A stretch of 64,000 nt of DNA from Methanobacteriota archaeon (GCA_012729095.1 JAAYDU010000008.1:12252-76251), one strand, 5' to 3'; counted from the first letter of the stretch, positions 1 through 9,654 are shown. The notes: generated from the sequence alone by a model not told the origin. Program-made: numbers and translations.

Positions 1-606
1 CCCGTTGATGGTGTCAAGGGTCTTGTACTCCATCAGGGTGATGCGCAGCACGGCGTCGCCCATGTAACGGTCGATGTTGTCCAGGTATCCATCGTCATCG
101 GTGTCAGCGCGGGTGGGGTCCGTCGGCGAACCGCACAGGGTGCTCCCGATGATCTCATTGCCATCGGAAACGCCATCGCTGTCGCTGTCGGCGGAACGCG
201 GATTGGTCATCCAACCGTCCGTTCCGAACTCCACCCCCTCCCCGTCGAGGAGGAGGTCGTCATCGGAATCGGCGTCCAACGGGTTCGTCGTGCCGTTGAC
301 CTGCAGGCGCGCGTATTCCACGCGACCTTTCTCTCCCGCCGTAGACACGTCCCTAACATAGATGTGCCATACGTTCGCCGAGGAGAGATCGCTAGCTGTG
401 TATGAAATGGGGGAGGTGAACAGGTTTCGGAGGATGAAGTAGTTCGCTCCGCTTCCGGTGTTGGCGGCCTTGATGACCTTCTGCGTTCCGGCCCCCTTGG
501 CGATCTTGACCTCCAGCTGTTGCTGCGAAGCGTGCATGATGCCCAGGACCAGGCAGAAGGACGCTATCGAGGCGCTGCCGCCTGCGATGGCCGGGACGCT
601 GATCCG
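1..606 (-). CDS. Alternate-frame 3' continuation of the giant surface-protein gene: rest of a proprotein-convertase P-domain-like module, then thrombospondin type-3-like Asp-rich Ca-binding repeats. Runs off the left edge.
   Basis: My own translation of the minus strand, one nucleotide out of frame with ORF 392..4852, is open from 606 to position 1: ..VPAIAGGSASIASFCLVLGIMHASQQQLEVKIAKGAGTQKVIKAANTGSGANYFILRNLF..NPLDADSDDDLLLDGEGVEFGTDGWMTNPRSADSDSDGVSDGNE..DPTRADTDDDGYLDNIDRY.. It is absent from the ORF track because it has no stop inside the window. Confidence 0.55.
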
Positions 607-3600
607 TTATGTCCAGAACGGTGTTGTTGTCCGGGACGAGGTACGAATCGTCCGTCGACCAGGTGTAAGAATATTTTTCCGATCCGTCCAGCAGTCCGTC
701 GCTGTCGGTGTCGGGATCGCAGGGATCGGTGTTGTAAGCGGGCGACGTCTCCACGTTGTCATTGAGACCATCGGAGTCGGTGTCCGCGGAGAATGGGTTC
801 AGGTCGTGAACGTGCGTTCCGACGCTGCTCTGACTGATCCTCAACGCTTCGAGCGCGTCGCTGATGGTATCACCATCGGTGTCCCTGCAGACCGATATCG
901 TGTCGACCAGCACATTATCGTTCGTGATCCTGAACTGAAGGTTCACCGGGCCGCCGGAGGTGGCATCGTACATGTTGAGTGGAGATGTGACGAAGCGCGT
1001 GGTGTGCCACGCGCCATCGACGGTGAGGCTCCCCAACGTAAGATAGTTGCCATAGTCGGCGCCTTGGAACTGCTTGAGATAGGTGGTGCCGGAGGTGGCC
1101 CGGTAGGTAATGGTCAATATGTACCGGACGTCGCTGAGCGCACCGTTCAGTTGGAAATTGGCAGTGTTCGTGGTCGTCCTCCTCGCCATCGCGTTACCGA
1201 TGGAGAGTGGCGATGACCATCCTGAGCTCAGGATGCTGACACCGGGTGTGCGGGCGTCAGGGTCGGTGTCCCCGTTCCCCCCGACATCGGTGGACGATTG
1301 GGAGGTCCAGAGAACGATCTTCGTTAGATTCGTCAGCGGGGCGGAAAGCCTCAGCCTCAGGTTCATGCCAGGATTCGTCGAGGAAGTGTCGAAATAGGAG
1401 GCGGGATCGAGATGGATGACGGCCGAGGTCCCCTTGCTCTCCAACGTACCGATGCTGTCATAGATCGACCCGTCCCATTGCTGGACACCTACCCCGGAGC
1501 AGGGGCTGGCGGTCATGAACTCCAGGAAGTACTGGACATCAGTACGGGGAAGGGAGACCAGGATCGTGGCGAGGTTCGAACCGTTCACCACGGCGTTCCC
1601 GATCTGCCAATTGTCCCCGAGGACCGTTCCAGGATGGTCCTGGGAACCGCTGAAGAGATCCGACGCATATGCGACGGGGATGGCGCTGATGTGGTCGACG
1701 ATCACCTGATGATCGAAGCGCAGCCGGGCGTTCAAAGCGATGAGAGCTGATGATGAATCGTGGAACATGTCGCTCTTCAGCACGAAACTGTGCGCCCAGG
1801 CGGCCGTCCTTCCCGGAAGGGTCGCGACCTGTACCCAGTCGTTCCCGACGAGCATCGAGACGCCCACATCGGCCGACGAGGTGTAGGAGATGGTGACCTG
1901 ATAATAGGTGCTGGCCTGGTATGTGTCATCATACACATTGAGATAATAACTGCCATTGGCCGAGGTTTCCCTCATCCCTCCGGAGACGGCGCACCAACCG
2001 GTACCATCGATGATGACCATCCCAGGGGTATGGGAGAGTACGTCGTTGTCCCCTGAGGACCCCACGTTAAGGGAGAACTCTTCCCATCCGTTGAACAATC
2101 GAATGTCCAAGCCATATGATCCCTGCCCGGAACCGGATTGATGTGCCACCCGCACCTTCCATACCCCGTTCGCATTTATCGTGTATGATATGGTCTCGTC
2201 GCTGGAGGATGTCGACGATGCCTTCTGAACGTCGGACGGATTGTAGAGGTGGAGGTTGTAGTTCGCTCCCGATGGAACGTCCAACGAGATACTGATGCGT
2301 TCCCCGTTCAACAGGGGGAGGGAGTAATAATCATTAGTGTCCAGTGAGGCGTCCAGATATCCCACGTAGTTACCTGGGGCCAATAAGGAGGCCTCCCCGA
2401 TGCTGTCTCCCGCATCGATGCCAAGGTCGGCATCCTGAGGGATGGTGGTGAAGGTGTGACCGCCGCTTTCCTGTTGCACGCTCGAGGAAGCCGTGGCGAC
2501 CGATCTGACCTTGAAATGATATGTGGTCCCGGCCAAAAGACCGGTTAGGCTGACGCTATGATCTATTCCGTGGAGACCTCCAGCTGAGGACCCGTAGTTG
2601 GCAGTGGTACCGTAATAAACGATGCTGCTGGCATCGATGTTGGTCGTCCAGGTTATCGTCGCCACGTTCAGATCGGACAGGGTGCAGGCCACGGAGGAGA
2701 TGGTCAGGGATATGGACATCGAGGTGAACGTGAGGTCCGCGGTCGTGGCGTTCAAGGAATAGGTCTGACTGGACAGCACCGACGTGATTCGGTAATGATA
2801 CAGGACATTGGACCCCAGATTGGTGAGCGTGATGGAATGGCTCAATTTGGGACCATCATCATATCTCGTTGACCCATAGGATGCCGAGGTGCCGTAGTCC
2901 ACTCTTGAATCGGAATAAAGGTCAGTGCTCCAGGACACGGTCGCGGTCCCGGACCCCAGAGAGACGCTGATGGACCCGATCCACATCGATCCTGGATAGG
3001 GACTGAAAGATCTTACGCTAGACGAATAGACAGAGGAATCCTTAACCACGTATCCCTTGAGATAATACGTGACGTTCGAGCTGAGACCGGTTATGTTGGC
3101 CTCATAGCGCCCTGATTGGGCGGAACCGACAACTGTGCCGTTCAATCTGGTAGAAAGATTGGCCCCCGACGTTCCCCACATCAGGTAACCGTAGTCGCCA
3201 TGAAGGACGGTGGGCACCCGGCCCCCTAATTGATAGTGCCAACGGACGTTGAATACGGTATCGTTTATCGGCTCGAACACATCGAATACGAAGACACTTT
3301 CATAGAAGATCGTTCCGCCGGGAGGATCGAAAGGGTTGGGAAGCGACATGACAGACGCCGACCCGGATGGATCGCCCACGGTCACCAGATTTGCCGTTAT
3401 GGTCCCTCTGGCCTCTTCCACCTCGATCAGGTTATCGTAAGGTGCATAGACGAAAAAGGACCCGAGGTCGTCCATCAATGTCGTGGCGTTCTCGACCGCC
3501 GTGGCATCGTCCCGGTTATCCAGATGAGAGATTATGGCATTGACGCGGCCCTTGATCTCGGCCCTTGTTCCATTCCCATCGACGAACATCACCGGGTCCA

Positions 3601-4852
3601 AGGAACCGATGAAGTCCGGAAGCCGGGAGATATCGGCGATGGAGAAGTCCATGTCATGACGGACAAAGAGCTCCTGGGCCCCGAAATGCTCCTCTGCGTA
3701 CGCACAGGAGAATGAGCCGGGGCAGGTTGTGAAGACCACGGGGAAGCTGGCTGATAGACCAGGGGTCGATATCTGCATCTTGTTATGAGCGTTTCCCTGC
3801 TGGTCGCATCTCACCGCCCAAACGCTTGACCCTTCATCCGAGGTCTCTACGTAGGCCATTCGGACCATCGGACCGGAAGATGATATGGTCAAAGCACTGA
3901 TGGAGCCACCGTCAGCCTCCAGAACGGTATGACGTGTCCAGCTGCTCGGATCTCCGAGACAGCGAGCCATTTTAATGGCGTTATCATCAATGAACACGAT
4001 GCATGCCCTTTCTTTGAGATACGTTATCTCAACAGGTCCCCCGTCACATCCTTCGTACACCAACGACGGATCGGAGATCAAAGTGCCATTGGTTCCGATC
4101 CGGAGGTAGAGAATACGATCGGAGGCGTCATCGACGAACGCGACGTCCAGCACCCCGTTCCGGAAGGACATGTCCGCATCGACGGCGGCGATCGGCAAGG
4201 CGGCCAGGAACGAGGCGTTCACTTCGCCATCCACCAGTTCGATGGATGCTAGCGATGTCCTTTCCACCCCGTCGAACATGGCGTTCATGAGCAGATAGAC
4301 GGCGTTCCCGTCAGATGTAGCGGTAGGCTCACTGCCGACGGACAACACCAAACAGTTGCTCCAATCATCGCTGTCATCCATATAGAGGAAGTACACCGAT
4401 GTCCCACCCAGGGGAGATTCCTGACCTTGGAAGAGGACAGCGACGGGGAAGGAACTTCCGAGGACGATCTCGATGTTGGATATTGAATGGAAGAAGGGTG
4501 TGATCGTTCGATCGGCCGTGAAGGTCGATAGCGAACCGTTGGAACGCTTCCAAGCTAGCTTTTGAGCCCCTTCCTCCCCGTCGACCCATAGCACGTGCGT
4601 TGTATCTCCTTGAACCCCGATACAGGGGGAAGATGCTCCCTTGTTCGAGATGGTCAACCTCCTGTCCGCATGCTCGATCGATGGTCGTTGATCGAGCACC
4701 TCGGCAGCCTCGGCCTCCGCCGTCTCCGCCCGGACATCGGACCCTATCACATAGAACGCCGCGATGACCATCAGATAGACGCAAGCTACGCTGATCCATT
4801 TCTTAGCAAATGCGTTCGTCCAACTTTCCCCTTGAGGTGTTTTGGAAATCAT
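392..4852 (-). CDS. Giant secreted or anchored adhesin-like surface protein: N-terminal signal-anchor, three FN3/purple-acid-phosphatase-N-like modules, a pre-peptidase C-terminal (PPC)-like module, and thrombospondin type-3-like repeats. The last ~70 codons of this ORF look like out-of-frame read-through.
   Basis: 1486-aa ORF. N-terminal hydrophobic helix WISVACVYLMVIAAFYVIG. Repeated modules VSWSTDLYSDSRVDYGTSASYGS..HSITLTNLGSNVLYHYRI, ITWTTNIDASSIVYYGTTANYGS..HSVSLTGLLAGTTYHFKV. PPC-like DTNDYYSLPLLNGERISISLDVPSGANYNLHLY. TSP3-like DTDSDGLNDN and DPDTDSDGLLDG. The Arg/Gly/His-rich tail RPGHRRRQRLDS.. is not protein-like. Confidence 0.8.
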   Translation of the reverse strand: MISKTPQGESWTNAFAKKWISVACVYLMVIAAFYVIGSDVRAETAEAEAAEVLDQRPSIEHADRRLTISNKGASSPCIGVQGDTTHVLWVDGEEGAQKLAWKRSNGSLSTFTADRTITPFFHSISNIEIVLGSSFPVAVLFQGQESPLGGTSVYFLYMDDSDDWSNCLVLSVGSEPTATSDGNAVYLLMNAMFDGVERTSLASIELVDGEVNASFLAALPIAAVDADMSFRNGVLDVAFVDDASDRILYLRIGTNGTLISDPSLVYEGCDGGPVEITYLKERACIVFIDDNAIKMARCLGDPSSWTRHTVLEADGGSISALTISSSGPMVRMAYVETSDEGSSVWAVRCDQQGNAHNKMQISTPGLSASFPVVFTTCPGSFSCAYAEEHFGAQELFVRHDMDFSIADISRLPDFIGSLDPVMFVDGNGTRAEIKGRVNAIISHLDNRDDATAVENATTLMDDLGSFFVYAPYDNLIEVEEARGTITANLVTVGDPSGSASVMSLPNPFDPPGGTIFYESVFVFDVFEPINDTVFNVRWHYQLGGRVPTVLHGDYGYLMWGTSGANLSTRLNGTVVGSAQSGRYEANITGLSSNVTYYLKGYVVKDSSVYSSSVRSFSPYPGSMWIGSISVSLGSGTATVSWSTDLYSDSRVDYGTSASYGSTRYDDGPKLSHSITLTNLGSNVLYHYRITSVLSSQTYSLNATTADLTFTSMSISLTISSVACTLSDLNVATITWTTNIDASSIVYYGTTANYGSSAGGLHGIDHSVSLTGLLAGTTYHFKVRSVATASSSVQQESGGHTFTTIPQDADLGIDAGDSIGEASLLAPGNYVGYLDASLDTNDYYSLPLLNGERISISLDVPSGANYNLHLYNPSDVQKASSTSSSDETISYTINANGVWKVRVAHQSGSGQGSYGLDIRLFNGWEEFSLNVGSSGDNDVLSHTPGMVIIDGTGWCAVSGGMRETSANGSYYLNVYDDTYQASTYYQVTISYTSSADVGVSMLVGNDWVQVATLPGRTAAWAHSFVLKSDMFHDSSSALIALNARLRFDHQVIVDHISAIPVAYASDLFSGSQDHPGTVLGDNWQIGNAVVNGSNLATILVSLPRTDVQYFLEFMTASPCSGVGVQQWDGSIYDSIGTLESKGTSAVIHLDPASYFDTSSTNPGMNLRLRLSAPLTNLTKIVLWTSQSSTDVGGNGDTDPDARTPGVSILSSGWSSPLSIGNAMARRTTTNTANFQLNGALSDVRYILTITYRATSGTTYLKQFQGADYGNYLTLGSLTVDGAWHTTRFVTSPLNMYDATSGGPVNLQFRITNDNVLVDTISVCRDTDGDTISDALEALRISQSSVGTHVHDLNPFSADTDSDGLNDNVETSPAYNTDPCDPDTDSDGLLDGSEKYSYTWSTDDSYLVPDNNTVLDITDQRPGHRRRQRLDSVLLPGPGHHARFAATAGGQDRQGGRNAEGHQGRQHRKRSELLHPPKPVHLPHFIHS

Positions 4853-5008
4853 GTTTTTTATTGGTATATAACAATGATTGGAGCATGCTCATTTCTTAGA
4901 GATATTAAAGAAGCGGTACGGATCGTTTTACAATCCGACGCTTCATTTTCACCCACCTCCCCCTGTCAGTCCTTTATACTCTCAAGGCGAAGTTGATGCG
5001 GTGAGCAG

Positions 5009-5746
5009 ATGTCCCGCCTCATGCCCGAGATGGTGACCGAACCGCTGGTCCATGATTTCCATTCCGTTACAGATGGAATGCTGGCCACCACCGCCATACC
5101 CCCAGTGGACGAACTTCTCGGCGGATTGGAACCGGGAACGGTCACCACTATCGACAGTTCGGACAAGCTGCTGTTCAACCTGGTAAACATGCTGAGCGTG
5201 AACTTCGTCCGCGAATGGCATCGTGACGTGATCTGGGTGGACGGCGGGAACTCCGTCAATCCATACGATCTCACGTACGTGTGCAAACGATTCCGGCTGC
5301 GCCCGGAGGAGGTGCTGAACAGCATCAGCGTATCCAGGGCCTTCACCGCCTACCAGATGTCCACTCTGATCGAGGAGTCGTTGGAGGAAGAGCTCTGCCG
5401 CAGCAAGGGCGGCATGATCGTGGTGTCATGCTACCCGGACCTATTCCAGGACGCAGACATGGACTGGAATGAATCCCTGAAGCTCATGGAGAGGGGCATG
5501 GGCAAGCTGCGTTCGCTGACGGCCAAGCACCGCACCGTGAGCGTGGTGACGAACTACGGCCTGGCGAAGCTGATGTACCGCAAGGGACTGCGCTCCCTAT
5601 TCTACGAAAAAGTCGACCGAGTGGTCAGCGTGGAGCATCGTTCCGGCTACGTGCGCATATCATTACCGAGGGAAGAGAGGGAGATCATGTACCGGCCGGT
5701 CCCGCCGAACCAGACCACCTTGGACGAGTACAAGAGGCGTTTCTGA
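5009..5746 (+). CDS. RecA-superfamily (RadB/KaiC-like) protein with ablated Walker A and Walker B motifs
   Basis: 245-aa ORF. LLGGLEPGTVTTIDSSDKLLFNL occupies the position of the RadB GxxGxGKT loop (SSDKLL replaces GSGKT). VIWVDGGNSVNP and GGMIVVSCYPDLF replace the IDTE and hhhhDS elements. GGTGAG sits 5 nt upstream of the ATG. Confidence 0.6.
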   Translation: MSRLMPEMVTEPLVHDFHSVTDGMLATTAIPPVDELLGGLEPGTVTTIDSSDKLLFNLVNMLSVNFVREWHRDVIWVDGGNSVNPYDLTYVCKRFRLRPEEVLNSISVSRAFTAYQMSTLIEESLEEELCRSKGGMIVVSCYPDLFQDADMDWNESLKLMERGMGKLRSLTAKHRTVSVVTNYGLAKLMYRKGLRSLFYEKVDRVVSVEHRSGYVRISLPREEREIMYRPVPPNQTTLDEYKRRF

Positions 5747-5985
5747 TGGGTCGGACCGTACCAACGTACCGCATGGCCTCGGAAACCCTCTTCCAGAGCT
5801 GGAACGATTTCCGACGCGCCCTTTCGCAGGAGGACCGCGAGGCGTTCGACCGCCTTTCGGACAAGGCCCGGTTGCACGCTTCCGCTTGTTCCGTTGCCGC
5901 TTTCCTCGATCCTCTGGAAGGGACGCTGCTCTCCATACTCCTGGAGCAGGAGAAGGAGCTGGAGCGCCTGCGCAAGAAGGCCTGA
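5746..5985 (+). CDS. Small helical hypothetical protein (79 aa), translationally coupled between the RadB-like gene and the polymerase gene
   Basis: Its ATG overlaps the upstream TGA (ATGA overlap at 5743-5748), and it stops 4 nt before the polymerase ATG. No motif recognised. Sequence includes WNDFRRALSQEDREAFDRLSDKARLHASA and a C-terminal coiled-coil-like LLEQEKELERLRKKA. Confidence 0.5.
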   Translation: MGRTVPTYRMASETLFQSWNDFRRALSQEDREAFDRLSDKARLHASACSVAAFLDPLEGTLLSILLEQEKELERLRKKA

Positions 5986-5989
5986 TCCG

Positions 5990-8146
5990 ATGCGCGGATG
6001 GATCCTGGACTGTTACGCGGACGAGGTCAACAACGAGATGGTGACCTGGATAAAGACGTCCGCGGGAATTGAGCGCATGGCCGACCGCGAGTACCGCCCG
6101 TGTTTCTATGTCAAACCCTCCGCGGAACGACAGCAGGACCTGCTCCTCGGTCTCAAGGAGGCGGGAGTGGAGCATCGCTGGGAGAAGCACCGCACCTGGC
6201 TGACCGGGCCGTTAGAGGACGTGCTGAAGGTTACCCCCCGCGGATACCGCAACCTGATGCCTCTGGCGAAGACCATAGACAAGTGGGGATGTCACCGGGA
6301 CCACACGCTCTTCAATGTCGATACACGCATGGACACCCGCTACTTCCTGCATCGCAAGGTGTTCCCTATGGGACTGATGGACGTGGATCGCTGGAAGAAC
6401 CTGGACACCCCGTTCCGATTGGACTACCCGATGCCCGAGCTGCGTACGTGCGAACTTACGCTGGAGACGTCCGCCCGACGGGGGATGCCCACCATTAAGG
6501 ACCGTCTGAAGCGGGCCACTCTCGACGACATCGTGATGGAGGGCAAGGAGGCGGAGATCCTGGAGCTGTTGCAGCAGGCCCTTCGAGACAGGGACCCAGA
6601 CGTGCTGGTCACCGACGGCGGCGATAGCTTCCATCTTCCGTTCCTGGAGAAGTGCGCCGAACGTAATGAAATTGAACTGGAGCTGGGACGGGAAGGGGGA
6701 AAGCGCCGCGGGAAAGGAAAGAGCTACTTCACATACGGGCGCATCCTTTACAAACCGCCGGCGTACAAGCTGCGCGGCCGGATCCACCTGGACAAAGGCT
6801 CCTCGTTCATCTTCCAGGAAGGGAAAATGGCCGGACTGATCGACCTTTGCCGCCTTTCTCGTATATCGTTGCAGGACATGGCCCGCATGTCCCCGGGGAG
6901 CGCCATCAGCGCCATGCAGGTGAACGAGGCCAGCAAGATGGGCTCACTGGTGATGTGGAAGAAGAATTTGCCGGAAGATTTTAAGACCGCCGCCGAGCTG
7001 GTGGCCTGCGACCGCGGCGGGCTCATCTACGAACCGAGGGTAGGTCTGCACGAGCACATCCAGGAGGTGGACTTCACTTCACTTTACCCGAGCATCATGG
7101 TCCGCCACAACATATCCCCGGAGACGCTGAACTGCGATTGCTGCCGGGACAGCGGGGAGCCCGTGCCTGGGTTAGGATACTGGACCTGCACCAAGCGCAG
7201 GGGACTGCTGGGAAGGGTGCTGGAGCCGATCGTCCGCCGGAGGATATCGCTCAAGCGCCTGAAGAACGAGGGCGGACGGCGGAGCGCCATCTATGACCAG
7301 CAGGCCAAGGTGCTCAAGTGGGTGCTGGTGACCTGCTTCGGTTATACCGGCTACCGCAACGCCCGCTTCGGTCGTATCGAGTGCCACGAATCGATCACCG
7401 CCCACGGACGGGAGATATTGTTAAAATCGGCTGAGGTGGCCGAGAATCGCGGCTTCCGCGTGCTGCATGGAATAGTGGACTCCTTATGGCTGGAAGGGGA
7501 CGGGGATGTTAAGGCCTACTGCCGGGAGATAGGGCAGCGCATGGGCATACCTCTTGTCTGGGACGGGGAGTACAAGTGGATAGTGTTCTTGCCGAACCTG
7601 ACCAATGGCGCAGGTGCACTGAACCGTTACTATGGCGCGTTCCAGGACGGGGAGCTGAAGGTGCGCGGCATAGCGCTGCGCCGGAGGGACACCTGCACCC
7701 TGGCCAGGGAATTACAGCAGGGCATGCTGGATCGCTTGGTGCTCGGAGAGGATGCTGAAGGGTTCCGTCATCGAATACTGGAAGCATTGGGCGTTCTGGA
7801 TTCCTTCATACGGAACCTGAGGGACATGGAGGTGCCGCTGGAGAAGCTGGTGCTCTCCCGGCGTATCACCAGGGAGCTGAAAGATTACCGTCAGAGGAAC
7901 GATCAATTTCGCGCTTTGAGCCAGCTGGAGGACCAGGGCTTCCGGACGCCCCCCGGGGAAGCGGTCGAGTTCATCATGATAAGGGGCAAGGACGTCAAGG
8001 TGGCGCAGTTCCTGGACGGAGAGGAGGAGTACGATGTCGGGCGGTACGAGGAACTCATGTTCCGAGCGGCTGGGGAGCTTTTATCGCCCTTCGAGCTCGG
8101 CCAGGACCGCCTGCGCGATTTCTACCGCATGAACGGGGCGAAATAG
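5990..8146 (+). CDS. polB: Family-B DNA polymerase with intact polymerase motifs but degraded 3'-5' exonuclease motifs (PolB2-like)
   Basis: Motif A DFTSLYPSIM, motif B KWVLVTCFGYTGY, motif C HGIVDSLW (YGDTDS position, second Asp kept), and KVRGIALRRRD. Exo I position reads LTLET (Asp lost), Exo II position reads DSFHLPFL (FD to FH), and no YxxxD Exo III motif is seen. I moved the start to ATG 5990 (in frame with the 5894 track ORF) because 5894-5985 is occupied by the upstream 79-aa gene. Confidence 0.85.
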   Translation: MRGWILDCYADEVNNEMVTWIKTSAGIERMADREYRPCFYVKPSAERQQDLLLGLKEAGVEHRWEKHRTWLTGPLEDVLKVTPRGYRNLMPLAKTIDKWGCHRDHTLFNVDTRMDTRYFLHRKVFPMGLMDVDRWKNLDTPFRLDYPMPELRTCELTLETSARRGMPTIKDRLKRATLDDIVMEGKEAEILELLQQALRDRDPDVLVTDGGDSFHLPFLEKCAERNEIELELGREGGKRRGKGKSYFTYGRILYKPPAYKLRGRIHLDKGSSFIFQEGKMAGLIDLCRLSRISLQDMARMSPGSAISAMQVNEASKMGSLVMWKKNLPEDFKTAAELVACDRGGLIYEPRVGLHEHIQEVDFTSLYPSIMVRHNISPETLNCDCCRDSGEPVPGLGYWTCTKRRGLLGRVLEPIVRRRISLKRLKNEGGRRSAIYDQQAKVLKWVLVTCFGYTGYRNARFGRIECHESITAHGREILLKSAEVAENRGFRVLHGIVDSLWLEGDGDVKAYCREIGQRMGIPLVWDGEYKWIVFLPNLTNGAGALNRYYGAFQDGELKVRGIALRRRDTCTLARELQQGMLDRLVLGEDAEGFRHRILEALGVLDSFIRNLRDMEVPLEKLVLSRRITRELKDYRQRNDQFRALSQLEDQGFRTPPGEAVEFIMIRGKDVKVAQFLDGEEEYDVGRYEELMFRAAGELLSPFELGQDRLRDFYRMNGAK

Positions 8147-9654
8147 TACAGGAGTATCGGAAGCAGAAGGCAGCCTGTCAGATGCACCCTGCTTACGCCG
8201 ATCTTCCCGGGCACCGTGCCGAGGATGGTCGACAGCGTAAGCAACAACAGCCCGCCGGGGCCGGCCAGAGCGAAGGACAGTGTGACCATGCCGATCAATG
8301 CCCCTTGATTGAGCCTGGTCAGGTCGCGCCCCTGCGCCTTCAGCAGCATTTTTCTGCCTAGGCGCATGGTGAGCACGTATGAGATCAAAGACGCGAACAG
8401 TATGCACAGCAGCAGGGACGGCATATCCGTGACGGAAAGAGCGGGCATGGCCTCCTGCATCGCCAACAACGTACCGCTCCTCCCCTTGCCGAGGAGCAGT
8501 AACGTTCCCAATCCAAGCACCGCCGCTCCCGTTCCCACGGCCGACACGGTCGATATGAACTCCTCCGGGCCTTCGCGGGAGCGGGGCAGCAGGGTCGAAA
8601 GCACCGCTCCGGCCGTGGCCGTGACGCCAGGAAGCCAGCCCACCATCCCGCCCATCAACGAGCCTCTGAGGGCCCCTGTCACCGATGGCGGCAGATCTGC
8701 CTCCCCTTCCTGCTCGGGCATGCGGCCGCGCGAGGAGCCGATGAGCAGCGGCAGCCCGAAGAGGCCGGTGAAGAGGGGCATCAGCATGTTCCCCTCCATT
8801 CCCCTCCAGATATCATCACCGGGTACCAGGCCGTCCATGGCCATCAAGCCCAGGACGCCTGAGCAGAGGAACAGCAGAACCGCCCAACCGATGATGGGGA
8901 GGCGGTCCTTGCGAACTATCCATCTCCCTATCAGCGTCCAGTCACCTGCTTCGGGCCCGTGCCCCCTTATTCGGAATGACTGCAAAGGCGTCCGAACGTA
9001 CCACCTTCCATTATGACGAATGACGGAACCGATGACCCTTGCTGAATCACCGCCCACCGGTATGTGCCGCTTCAGGGAGATGACCTCGGCCGGTGTGTAA
9101 CGGCCGCCCCTCATGTCCAGCTCCGCCATGGGGTCGGCCTTCCCGCTCTCCGCCCAGAACAACACTAACGGAACGGCCAGCAGTAACCATGGGATGGCGG
9201 GAGCTGCGGAGCTCAGGGCGTTAGCGACGTAGACATGAACGAACGGCAGCGGCATCAGCACGATCGTTCCGGCCATGGCCCCTACCAGGCTGCCCTGGGC
9301 CGCCGCCTGCAGGGCGTTCATTCCTTTGCCTTCGAGAATAAGACGGTGCGACGGCAGCACGGACATGCACTCCGTTTCATCAGGCACGCCCATGATCAGG
9401 GACGGGATGTAATCCAGAAAGGAGTGGCATATCGCCGCGGAAAGGATTGTGCATGCCACCAGCAAAGCGGGCGGGAGCGAGCATCCGACCGTAACGCATA
9501 TGCCATCCAGAATAGGGGACAGCGACGGAACGCCCATTATCAGCAGCACGGCCAAAGTGTTCACGTGAATGCCCGGAGCAAGTCCGGACAGCGCCCCCAT
9601 CCCCATGCCGAACAGGGTGAAGTAGAGCAGTAGCAGAAGGTCGGCGCCGAACAC
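8122..9654 (-). CDS. Polytopic integral membrane protein, possibly TctA/DUF112-like, with a central soluble insertion
   Basis: 510-aa ORF, mostly hydrophobic helices, with N-terminal GALSGLAPGIHVNTL. A ~80-aa basic, beta-rich insertion (RGGRYTPAEVISLKRHIPVGG..GRWIVRKDRLP) splits two membrane halves. Family assignment is from memory only. Confidence 0.45.
   Translation of the reverse strand: MFGADLLLLLYFTLFGMGMGALSGLAPGIHVNTLAVLLIMGVPSLSPILDGICVTVGCSLPPALLVACTILSAAICHSFLDYIPSLIMGVPDETECMSVLPSHRLILEGKGMNALQAAAQGSLVGAMAGTIVLMPLPFVHVYVANALSSAAPAIPWLLLAVPLVLFWAESGKADPMAELDMRGGRYTPAEVISLKRHIPVGGDSARVIGSVIRHNGRWYVRTPLQSFRIRGHGPEAGDWTLIGRWIVRKDRLPIIGWAVLLFLCSGVLGLMAMDGLVPGDDIWRGMEGNMLMPLFTGLFGLPLLIGSSRGRMPEQEGEADLPPSVTGALRGSLMGGMVGWLPGVTATAGAVLSTLLPRSREGPEEFISTVSAVGTGAAVLGLGTLLLLGKGRSGTLLAMQEAMPALSVTDMPSLLLCILFASLISYVLTMRLGRKMLLKAQGRDLTRLNQGALIGMVTLSFALAGPGGLLLLTLSTILGTVPGKIGVSRVHLTGCLLLPILLYYFAPFMR

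Noticed and set aside
5894-5989. N-terminal extension of the polymerase ORF (track start 5894).
   Set aside because: This stretch overlaps the 79-aa gene in another frame. ATG 5990, 4 nt after that gene's stop, gives the typical PolB N-terminus (MRGWILDCYADE..).
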